Origin: Marsupella aquatica
Lineage: Eukaryota; Plantae; Marchantiophyta
Assembly: GCA_973895155.1 (NCBI GenBank)
Contig: OZ316894.1
Location: 21,113,867 to 21,177,866, forward strand
Direction: 5' to 3'
Length of the DNA: 64,000 nt
Positions 53,636 to 64,000 of this stretch are shown here, piece after piece. Under the pieces are notes generated by a model. It searched no databases, had not been told where the DNA came from, and saw only the letters and a program-made list of their open reading frames with translations. How positions within the stretch are numbered: position 1 is the first letter of the stretch; each line of letters opens with the position of its first letter. A program made the position numbers and the translations under genes.

Positions 53636-53950
53636 AAAAGCAAATCCACAAAAGCTCTGGACACGTATATCACAGTAGGCGAAAAGACTCTTCACATCCT
53701 TTGGCAACCTCTTACATATCCTCTTAAACCAATTACTTGCCCGAAAGCAAATCCACAAAAGCTCTGGACTTATATCAGAGTCTAGTCTAAAAGACTCGTC
53801 ACATCCTTCAGCAACCCCTTCTGTTTTCTTCATTACTTGTTGAGATTAATTCCCAGTCTGACCTAAAAGCGAATCCACATTGGCTCTGGACATGTATCAC
53901 AGTCTAGGTGAAAAGTACTCGTCACATCCCTTAGCAACCCCTTCCATATT
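53636..53950. repeat. 3 x ~110-120-bp degenerate tandem repeat
   Basis: AAAGC.AATCCACA...GCTCTGGAC..TATCA.AGT..AAAAG.ACTC.TCACATCC...GCAACC. Confidence 0.85.
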
Positions 53951-55127
53951 TTTCATTAACTGTTGAGATTATCAAGACCAATTTACACAGTACGATATGT
54001 GATCCTGCCTCTGTTGGCTGTTTACAAATTGCCACCTGGCAGGAAGCAATCCTAGCCAAAAGCCCAAATCCTGTTTCAATCTGAAACCATTCTATTGGCC
54101 AAAAACATGTGTCCTATTATGGCTCAGCACTCCCTCCTCACCTCCCTCCTCACCCTCCTGGCCTGAGGGCCTGTGCCTTGCCCTCCATGCCTGGCCTTAT
54201 GAGCATGACCATCCACCACACCAGTGCACATATATGGTGGTGTACAGCATCCCTCCATACCATGATAAACCTTGTTATTTCCTTTAAATCAATGAGTGCA
54301 TGCCATACACTATCACATTTTGATGTGTGATTACTAACAGGGCCAGTGCACAAGCACTCTGTGAGTGCTGCCCGTGATGTCTTGTGTTCTACAATCTCAA
54401 ATCAGCCTGACAACATGGCTACACAGGCATTGGGCTAGTACTTCATTATATGATTCAAATTGTGTCCAGAGTTGGTCCAAAACAATTTCCAAACTTTGGC
54501 TTCTTCACTCAAGAGATCTGCATTTATTGAATTTCATTTCAAAAAATATATCTGCCTCAAGTGTGTCTTCAAACCAAGAAGTGGGCATCCAGTTTGCTTG
54601 GGTGAAAAAAAAGTCAAGAATGCTCCCAAAGTCTTGTAAAGCCACCCTTGCATTGCCCCGCATCAAACTTAAATATCTGAAAGATATTTTCTTTGTATAT
54701 TTGTGTAATTTAAGGAAGAGGAGGGCAATTCCAGGTAGTGCAAATGCATTTTGAGATTTGCCTATGTTGTCTATTAGTACAGAAAGTAAAAATCTGAACT
54801 TGCATCAAACTTGGGTTTACCTTCAAGTGTGAAGAAAGGAGAAACAGAATAAATAATAGTAGAAGTGAAATAAAATAAAATAATGGATTATAGTGCATGG
54901 ACACCATGATACCATGGCATTAAGAACAATTATAGTTCCTCAGAACTTTGTCTAGAGCCATCATTTTCTGGCATTATAGCCAGCATTTTTTTAGTTGCAA
55001 GAACTAGTCTTCCATTAGCCAATTTCACACCTAGCCATAGAGCCAGAGTACGAAGGTTGTACTCAAATCTAGTGAGATCTGATGATCAGAAATTAGTCTA
55101 CAAAAATGATATAAGGAAATACTCCCA

Positions 55128-55325
55128 GAATCTTCTCCCTTCATACAAGGTGACATTTGCTGTAAAGAATCTTCTTAGAATCTTCTCCTTTCACACTACG
55201 TGACATGCCCTGTAAATAGTACCCTTAGCACATTCTCCTTCACACAAGTGAGATTCGCCTATTCTTAGCATCCTCTCTTTCACACAAGGTGACATTCATC
55301 TTCTCCTTTACATAGGGTGACATTC
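55128..55325. repeat. Degenerate ~30-45-bp tandem array
   Basis: Recurrent TTCTCC.TTCACACAAGGTGACATT. Confidence 0.7.
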
Positions 55326-56242
55326 AGCACCCTGGCCAGAAATTAAAAAACCTTAAAAAACTATCCAAATTATAGCCCACAACGCTATTGCAACAGGGCG
55401 TTACTAAAATTGTACCAAAACGCTGGTCCTGTCGTCCAGTGCTCCATGGAGAATCCGCCTTGTGAGAGCCGCTCTTATCAGTACAGGTGGCGAAGGGGAA
55501 GAAGGGCGCCCTCATGGTTAAAGTCTTAACAATCCAAGACAGGCTACAGTAGTACAGGCAGACTATAATTATTCCGGACAGGTTTCACTTCAGCTCTTGA
55601 CTGAAAAGTTCCGTATGAAGTTGAGTGGAGGTCTGGAGGAGGAGCTGGTTGATGTCATACCCTGAGGATTGCTCCTGAGATAATTGAGGAAGCGGCAAGG
55701 GCAGTGATAGTGTGGTCCTTGCAGATCTTCCTAGTAAACGTTGTTCTCGATGAAACATCCATGAAAAGGAGGAAGAATTGGGGACATTTGCTTATCAGTT
55801 TTTCTCCTGTGTAGATCAGTGCGTACGCAAGAGGGGCGGGGGAGATTCTGTGGGCCTTGAATTCTGACCAGTGTGAGGAGGGATGTGATGTTGAGTCGTG
55901 TGGAATGTATAAATTTAGTTCCAAGCTTCATCAGATTCTTGCAATTCCGAGTGGCTGTTGAAATTACAGATAGAGGACTTTCACGAGCGAGACAGAATCT
56001 CTCACCCATATCTCATTGTTGTTGGTGTTGTTGTTGAATGGGTTGAGGAGGATGCCCATATTTTAATTTTTCTTACACTTGGTAAATTCTTGTTTTGGCG
56101 AGGTGTGAAGGCTGCAGCAGTGTGACGTGGGGACGGGGGGATTTTTGATCCTGGTTGCAGCTCGCATCGGCTTGATTGGGCACGCTGCTTGGTGCAACAA
56201 GATATTGACTAGGATTGTCGGTGGGAAGAAGGGAATTGGAGG

Positions 56243-58590
56243 ATGGCCTTGAGGAAAGCAGTCCTCTCCTCGCTGTCTGGTCAAATTGGTCTGACATCCC
56301 ACAACGCTGCCCTTCTACCCCGTCCCTTATCTCCTTGTTCTAGATCCTCATACTCCTCCGCTTCCCCTGCTGCTACTAGAGTACTGTTGTGGGTCTCTAA
56401 TAACCAATCCCCACATTATTGTCAAAAGCAACTACTGGGCGGTAGACAAGAAGCTGGTTCTTGGAGGAGCACTACCGGTAGCGGCAGACGATCTGAAGGA
56501 CGGAGATTTTCCTCTATTGGAGCAACAAGGCCGCGAGAGGTCCGTGCAGCTGCGACGATGGTGGAGCAAATGGACCCTGTTCAGCAGCGCTTGATGTTCG
56601 AGGACGAGTGAGGAAAACTGATACTATTCTTTTTCTTGTTTCTTGTTTCGTATTTCGTGTGTGTTTTTGTTTTGTTCTCAATTGTGTGGTCTTCGTGCCC
56701 CCAAAGGTCCTTACTTTTCCGCTGCAAGCTTGATAAGAAAAGCAATTATTCTGAATCCAAGAGAATGTGACAGTCTACTGACCTAGACTTCTGAAGAAGA
56801 TAAATCAGCAATCAGCTAGCAAAGTGATGTTCAATCCCTCTCTTGCTGGAGGTGTGGTGCCCTGGTTGTTTGTTCTGGCCTTAAACTGTGGAACTTGGTG
56901 GGTCCAGGTGTATCCTCGTGGATGAAAAGGACAATGTGGTCGGCCACGACTCAAAGTACAATTGTGAGACTAGAGTCTTATGCCTTCGCTCGCACAAACA
57001 TGTTCAAACCTTGCTTGGGGTCCTGTGGACTCAGAATAAAATGGAAAGCAGTCGTGTCCCTAGTGCAGAGATTAACTTTGCCTCTTGGTCTGCCTAAGTT
57101 TGGAAAATCAGTGGTCGCATGAGAAGGTGTTAGGTGTAGGTAGCTGTAGGATTAGTGCTTGTATGGGGCGAAGGGATTGAGATTTTCCTTTTCTGGGGCC
57201 TTAGATTTTCCCCTTGCTGATGATCTCATCTTCCATTCCAGGTCATCTTATGGAGAAAATCGAGGCTGACAACTTGCTACATCGAGCCTTCAGCGTCTTC
57301 TTATTCAATTCTAAGAATGAGCTTCTCCTGCAGGTACGCATACACTATGTCTATCCTGAACGGTGGACTCCATTCTTGTTTAATTTTTGGGTCAACTCAT
57401 ACGTCATACTTCGTCCACTCGACAATTCAAAACAAACCATGGCAGGTGGCCTGATGTAATCCTCGTGTCTGGTGCACGGATAAAAGTCAACCTCACTTGA
57501 TCCATATACATCTGTGCAAATGGATACCAAAGGTGTTCCGGTTTCAACATTCTTCGCACAATAGTAATCTAGTAGCTTTGAAGACAGGGTGTTGTCTAAT
57601 CAAGTGTTACTCTACGTGGACAAGGAGTTCATGTCTTCCTTTCGATGAGAGTTGCAGACCATATCCAGTTCGCCTGTTCAATTATATTGACACGGATGTT
57701 CTTTTTTATGTGAAGAAACGATCGAGTACCAAAGTGACGTTCCCTTTGGTTTGGACAAACACCTGCTGCAGCCATCCTCTCTATCGGGACAGCGAACTAA
57801 TCAAAGACGGCCATTTAGGTGAGGAACTGACGTTGACCCACATCCTCAGGGTCCACTTCTGACAGTTGTGAATTTCTGGATATCATCTGTAACTTTTCTC
57901 CCCTGTGAGAATGCTCGGAACTTATAATTCGACCCTGCCAATGCCCCAGAAGGTCGAACATGTCCCCTCCAATAGTGGAAAAAGAGTTTGCTTTTGAATG
58001 TGGCTGATTGGAAGCGTGAATTTAACTTGTGTGCAGGGGTCAGGAATGCTGCCCAGAGGAAATTGTTTGATGAACTGGGCATTGAAGCTCGTGATGCACC
58101 AGTTGATGATTTCACTTGTTTAGGGCGAATCTTGTATAAGGCCCCTTCTGATGGAAAGTGGGGAGAACATGAACGTATGTCCATTTCACTCCCTTCTTAT
58201 ACTACTGTTGCGATCCTTGTACTGTCTAACTAATTTTCTACTAAGTGTCCAGTAGAATCAGCAAGAAGTTTTTGGATCAGCTGTTTCACAATGCACAGCG
58301 GAGTAAGACTGGGCTTGATATTTATCATCTATGGTGCAGTGGACTACCTGGTCTTCATGAAAAGAGATGTTGCAGTGAAGCCGAATCCAGAGGAAGTTGC
58401 AGATGTCATGTATGTGAAAAAGGAGCAGCTGCAGGAACTTGTGATGAAGGCCAAGACTGGTCAAGATGGTGTGAAACTGTCACCTTGGTTCCAACTTGTA
58501 GTGGAGAATTTCCTCTATGACTGGTGGAAGCGAATTGAAGAGGGTACATTGTCAGAAGTCGTCGACATGGAGACCATCCACAAGTTGTAA
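56243..58590 (+). CDS. IDI: Isopentenyl-diphosphate delta-isomerase (type 1), 6 exons, ~334 aa
   Basis: Exons 56243-56607, 56908-56963, 57242-57333, 57716-57818, 58037-58174, 58340-58590. Motifs [54 protein letters not shown]-terminal IHKL. Confidence 0.96.
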
Positions 58591-61329
58591 TCTAGAGGTG
58601 GCGGAAAGGAAAATTCTGACGAGCAGTACGTGGAGTGGATTGTAGCATCCTAGTCAGTAGCCTTGGTTTCTTTAGAGCATGACTTTGGTCTAAAGTTTTC
58701 TTTAAGGCTTAAGATGCAACCCTACACGTTTACACGACGTGAAATATGCCTCTTTGCCAATGCCGATAAACCCAAAGCTTTCCACACTTAACGTGACTTG
58801 AGTGGGATATTGCATACAAGAAAGATTTGGGGTAGTTCCAGACGCAAGGCTCCTTGGGCGGATTACTCCTGCCGATTTCATAAGCAATCATTCCACATCG
58901 AATAAAAAATCTTGATAAAGAGGTTTCTTACTACTTACCTTGATTCATTTCGTAGACAGAGTCTCTTTCCATGCTTAACCTAAAAGCTAAGGCATTTTCC
59001 CGGGCTGTCATGCAACTAGATCCGGATTGGATTAACACACAAAACACAATTTCTACATCGTTTTTAGTCGTGATTCTGTTTCATATTTCCGTGTGAAACT
59101 ATTCCTCTCTTCTCGTCTCTCCTACGAACGGCCTCAATTTTTCCAGCACCAATTTTTCCAGCACGTCTTTCAGATGAGATGTCCCCGAAGGTAATGCATA
59201 AGTAAGGCGGAAGGCAGTGTTGTCTATCTTCGGGAACTTCTGCTTTTTCCTCAAGACTTAGTTTTGCCGGGCATGACCAAGGGCACCATTAAGAGTCCAG
59301 TTAAGCTATATTTTGAAGCCAGCGGTTTATCTAGTGCTAGGACTTGGAGGGGATGGTCTGAACTTTGTGAGGTCAGCAACAACCCCTGGATCATATGGAG
59401 CTTGACGTGGGCGAGTTTACTTTTGAGGGATATGATTTCCCTATCGAGATTTTTCAATTGAAAGAGATTCATTGTAGTAGGACAAAGGGTCACTTGTACC
59501 TTGACGGCTGCTGTGGTTCGTCCTTCCATTACGATACAGAGTAGTACATCATTGAACTTGAATTGTCTGAAGTGACACGAACAAGAATCTCTCGGCGAAC
59601 CGGCTTGTTTCAACTTACATCAAACGATGGACAGGCTCGATTGTCTCACCTGGCGGGGAGTAGAGGCGAGCCCTCAAGGTTGAAAATTGATCAATTTCCG
59701 ATTGTGAACAGGGCCACCGTCAGTGAGCTCGTCACTGTTGTTCACACTAGTAAATTGAATAATAAAGTAATCTGAATTCGCTGCCATTCCACCTAGTCTG
59801 AGGAAGCAAGCGAAGAGGACCGGCAACGGCACGACGGTAGGCATTTTGTGGGAGAAGGGCAGTGGGAAGAGGGGAAAAAAAATCCGCATTTAGGGTCACA
59901 TTTGTGGTCACGTGATGGAGAGGAGGAACTTCTCAGACAGTAGGCTCATATGAAATCATCTTTGTCCTCAATTTCATAATCAATCTGGACATTTCATTCT
60001 TTGACTGGTCATTCAGATGACGTATACATTTCGCCAACAGAAGAAATTGTTTTCATTCCAGATGACGTCAGGAATGAAGTAGAGAAATTGATGAGAGACT
60101 CATGCGTTACATTTCTTTTGACCTCCTTAATATCCGAAAGAGTGGGCTCAAATGATCCTCCAAACCAAATAACCTAAGACAAAACTGGCATCCGAGTATC
60201 CAACGAGACAAGGTCAGTATCCCGACTTCATGGTATGCCTTATAGGCATGAGAGTGAAAGATACGTTCTCCTAATAGATACACTCTCTGGAGGTCACTTC
60301 TACTGACATTGACCTGGCAGCGACAATTGGTTGCTATGGAATGGCCCTAAGGATCACGTAAGGTCATCTGATGTTGACCAGGCTATCGCTTTTTGTTTTC
60401 CTTGCTTTGCGTCCCATTGTGTGTCCACGACCAGGACATATTGTAGGGTATGGGACGACCACAGACCGAAAGGAAACAGTCAAGACTCCAGTTCTTCTCC
60501 AGTTCTTCTCAGAGACAATACTTCCTCGAACGGAGGTGAGAATCTGGGGTCCCGAATCTCCGTGTCCTTGCAACCTCTTCTCATCACGTAAACCAATGTT
60601 TGGCTAATCCCAATTCATTACATGCCTTCTCCCAAAAGTTAAGCAGCATACCAAACGCTGCTAGCGCCACCGAGGGTAAAATGAGACAATTACATCGTCA
60701 TTGCATTGAGATCTTTGAATCATTAGTAATCATGTCACCACCTAGATTTTTCTTGAGGGGTTGAAACCTAGAAAGAGTACCGCAATAAAATTCACACGCA
60801 AATCTTCCGTCATATTCACTTCACAGCAAGGACTGTCCACATCACTAGTCCCCCAGAGCAAACGAAAATCTAGAAAGAAATCATTGCATATGCACCGTGA
60901 TTTGTGTTCTTGAGTCCAATTGTACTTTAAAAGGACAGTCCAAACCGCCGTACCAATGTATGAAGTTATACCAGCTTTGACATGGCTTTGTACTCTCAAA
61001 CGAGCACTGAAGGCAAGAAACCAACCTGTCACAGTGCAATGGAGAAGAAAACATTACTCACCTGAGGTAAGCAAAGCCTCAGCAAGTCTTCCTCCCGCAT
61101 GAGCAGTTTTTAATCATTCATGACGATGATGTAATTGAACAAACTGTTTACATTAAGCTGGCATACAGCGCAGATAAAAAAATCTATACAACATTTATGG
61201 GCCATTTGAGCAGTACTACTCTGTAGGATAGAGGAGATAGATGATCACATGTGAAAGTTGAGTTCCAATGAATTGAGCCCCATGAGCGCCAAGATCCAAA
61301 CGCAACTACTAGTTGCAACATGAATGTCA

Positions 61330-62691
61330 TTAAATGGCAGAAGACCTATGATACATTTGGGAGAACTTAACACAGAGTTGGTGATCCCGTTTGTCTCCCC
61401 ATCCACCCCATCCGTCAAAACCCTCCTTGTATCCCGAAATTGGGGACTTCCTAACTCTCCAATTCTCATTAAGGTAAGGAGTTGTCTCCTGCTCAGTCTC
61501 ATATGAAAGCGTACTAGATTCATCAGCACATACTGTGTCTAAGCTCTTGTCTTGCCCTTGATGTAAGCCACATTTCCCAAAGTGAATGGCACTCGTCTTG
61601 GGGCCACGCAGAGTGAAGCCTGCAGTTGGGAAGGTCGGATACACGCGGACCCAGAGTGTAATGTCCCAGTTGTACTCATCGAACTCACAGAAAGGCTCAG
61701 ACCTTGCGTGTATCCAATTCCAAACTGTGCGGTTGAAGGCATACCCAACGTTACCTATCTTCTCCACCATCAAAAACTCGAACCCTTCTCCCTCCCCGCG
61801 GGAAGAAACATCAACTGGTGCAAGATTAACAGCCACGCACTCCGGGCATTTAGTTCCGACCATTTTGATCAGCTGCTGAACGGTTCTGTAAGCATTGGGG
61901 AGGATGAAATGGTCCTCCTCGATGAACAGGACGTGCCCATCTCTGTTCCGTGTCTCTTGCAGTCCATCCCAAACGGTATTCATCATCCACCACCAGTGGT
62001 GCTTCAGAGACACAATCCGAGGCGCCCTGTGGTTTCCATATTGATCCGGATTTCCTTTGCATCCCAGCTCGTCAGCGTTTTGTTTATCCACGCAGTCGCC
62101 CTGGCTCTGGCCCGGAAAAGAATCGGAAAATAGATGCGGTGAAAACGGGGCGAAAATTTGTTTCACCTGGCAAAAACGAATTCCCTCGACGATTTTGTTC
62201 ATCTCGGGGAAAAACCCATCATGGCTCACAACCAGTAGAGTTTCCTCAATGCCCTTCACCTTGCTCAGACTCTTCACCACCAAATTCAGATATTGAGGCC
62301 TGTTGTGCACATACAGAACGATGGTGGTGTGATCCTCGGCTAAATTTGGGAACAGGTCACGGTTCCTCGGCAAATCATGATTTCTCGCCTCCAGACTTCT
62401 CGAAAGCTCGTTATAAAACGGGATATAGTTGAAAACTGTCTGTTCTTGTTCTACACGTGCTACTTCAAGCTCATGGAGGCCCTTTGTTCCATCCCCTAAA
62501 GCACTATTGCTACGCCGGCTGGATCCCCAGTCATGCTCCCCAGCGTCGAGAGGGTTTTCAGGGAACCAATTGGAGATATCAGCTGGTAGCCGCTGGATGA
62601 AGGAAATCACCGACCCGACGACACACAGCTGGATGACGAACAGCAGGAAGAACCGGCGCCGGCCTCGTCCACTGAGCACGAATTTCGGCAT
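61330..62691 (-). CDS. MGAT2: Alpha-1,6-mannosyl-glycoprotein 2-beta-N-acetylglucosaminyltransferase (GnTII, GT16)
   Basis: Type-II TM N-terminus. Motifs VLYVHNRPQYL, LLVVSHDG, SLKHHWWW, FIEEDH, DEYNWD, HFGKCGLH, GWGDKRD. Single coding exon. Confidence 0.96.
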   Translation of the reverse strand: MPKFVLSGRGRRRFFLLFVIQLCVVGSVISFIQRLPADISNWFPENPLDAGEHDWGSSRRSNSALGDGTKGLHELEVARVEQEQTVFNYIPFYNELSRSLEARNHDLPRNRDLFPNLAEDHTTIVLYVHNRPQYLNLVVKSLSKVKGIEETLLVVSHDGFFPEMNKIVEGIRFCQVKQIFAPFSPHLFSDSFPGQSQGDCVDKQNADELGCKGNPDQYGNHRAPRIVSLKHHWWWMMNTVWDGLQETRNRDGHVLFIEEDHFILPNAYRTVQQLIKMVGTKCPECVAVNLAPVDVSSRGEGEGFEFLMVEKIGNVGYAFNRTVWNWIHARSEPFCEFDEYNWDITLWVRVYPTFPTAGFTLRGPKTSAIHFGKCGLHQGQDKSLDTVCADESSTLSYETEQETTPYLNENWRVRKSPISGYKEGFDGWGGWGDKRDHQLCVKFSQMYHRSSAI

Positions 62692-64000
62692 CCCTGCTTC
62701 ACTCCTGGATCACACCCATTCCAGGTAGCTGAATTAAGACCACAGCTGAACTCAGGCAAACGCTAATTTTTCAAATCGGTTCGATCGTCCGTTGCTCAGC
62801 ATAGTAACATCGATTCCATTCCTTTGCCCGTCCAACACACAAAGATAGATCTAAGATTGACGGCCTGCATCATCACCAAAACGGCCGACCGCTAAGGATA
62901 TGATCTCTCAGAGGGGCACATCTCCCATCTCCATAAGCAATGTGAATTGTTCTTGCTCAACTACTGGGCACTGACTACCTCAGGAAATGTTTTCGAAGAG
63001 GCCCTTATCTTCTATCTACACCGGCCATGTGAATTGAACACGCTTCATCGTGTGCGCGCAGGAGATTTGAAGAGGGCGATTCATTGTCCATGACCTTTGG
63101 AATGCAGCAGTAATGTGGCTCAGCTAGGCTTTCCAACTTCTGCGTCATCGACAAAAGGAATAGCAAAACATGTCAAAGAATGAATACCACTTCGACGAGA
63201 TAGCTGACGGAGCTCGAGCGATATCCTTTCCCTTTCAAAACCAATCTCAATGCGGGACTTTCTGAAAATGGTAAAACTGTACAATTATAGATCTACATAC
63301 CGCAGACGACCGGGGCTCATTTAGACTGCAAGAGAGCTCGTTCTGCCCTGTAATCCAAGCGGACAAAATTGGAAACCATAATTCAGAACCCAACACCAGA
63401 AACTCAAGACAGAGCCCAGACTCTCGTCGAACGGAGGCGCGCATCCCGGAAATGGAATCCAAGCGAGCAACCCACAGCGATCTGGAGCACAAGAACCCCC
63501 TCCACTTCGAATCGGAGCCCCAAAAACTGGAAAAGGAGAACCAATTCACCGAAACAGAGCCAACAAGGTAAAACAAAAAACTCAGCACAAAATCCAGAGT
63601 GGGCCAAAGGAAACCAGAATCAGACGAAGCTCAATTTTCTGGACCAAGCAAGCTACCCCCAACGATCCGGAACACGAGACCCCTCTCCCCTGCAGATCCG
63701 ACCCACGTAAAACAAACGAACAGAAACCCATTCAGTTCCACATTATTCTTCTTCTCCTTCTTTTGACTTCTTCCTCTACTCATCTTCTTCTTGAAGCGAA
63801 TGTCAAGACCTAGGTCTCACCAAAAAAGGCATTCCAGCTCCGCAAACGAAATTCGGATAAATCTGGCACGCGAGTGGAATCGCGGCAGACCTCGCGCTGA
63901 CGCTGATCTCGCTCTGCCGCGAGGACCGGCGGCCGATGCGAATTGCACAAACATAATGCCGCGCGGAGACGAGGACGAGACTCCATCGCTGAAGAAGAAG

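Noticed and set aside
13881-55325. Repeat arrays as CRISPR-like loci
   Set aside because: The units are head-to-tail duplications without unique spacers, there are no cas genes, and the context is eukaryotic.
58890-58945. USE-like TTCCACATCG plus TACTTACCT as a U1 snRNA gene
   Set aside because: The spacing is too short and no U1 body follows. ACTTACCT motifs here (also at 14388, 14764, 27895) are better read as minus-strand splice donors.

Overview
Eukaryotic nuclear DNA from a land plant, most likely a bryophyte such as a liverwort (inferred from gene density, 100-1400 bp GT-AG introns and gene content). I could reconstruct nine protein-coding genes: a plant uncharacterised (DUF7796-like) membrane protein (-), a zf-XS/XS RNA-silencing protein (+), eIF1/SUI1 (+), a plastid GNAT/SNAT-like acetyltransferase (-), a mitochondrial pyruvate carrier (-), a PTEN (-), a PPTC7-type PP2C (+), IPP isomerase (+) and GnTII/MGAT2 (-). 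The pyruvate carrier and PTEN are split into small exons and are essentially invisible in the ORF track. Between the genes lie CpG-poor blocks of decayed repeats (about 1-7400, 14300-21200, 23500-24950, 30100-32300, 35450-37560, 44300-47750, 53950-55330), with many short local tandem duplications, MITE/CACTA-like and tRNA-derived remnants. The two most notable observations are an animal-type PTEN colinear with human PTEN, sharing its catalytic numbering and most intron positions, and a candidate snRNA-type transcription unit (double USE, TATA, hairpin, 3' box) that matches no canonical snRNA and sits antisense in an intron. All gene models were read by eye and need RNA-seq or homology confirmation.
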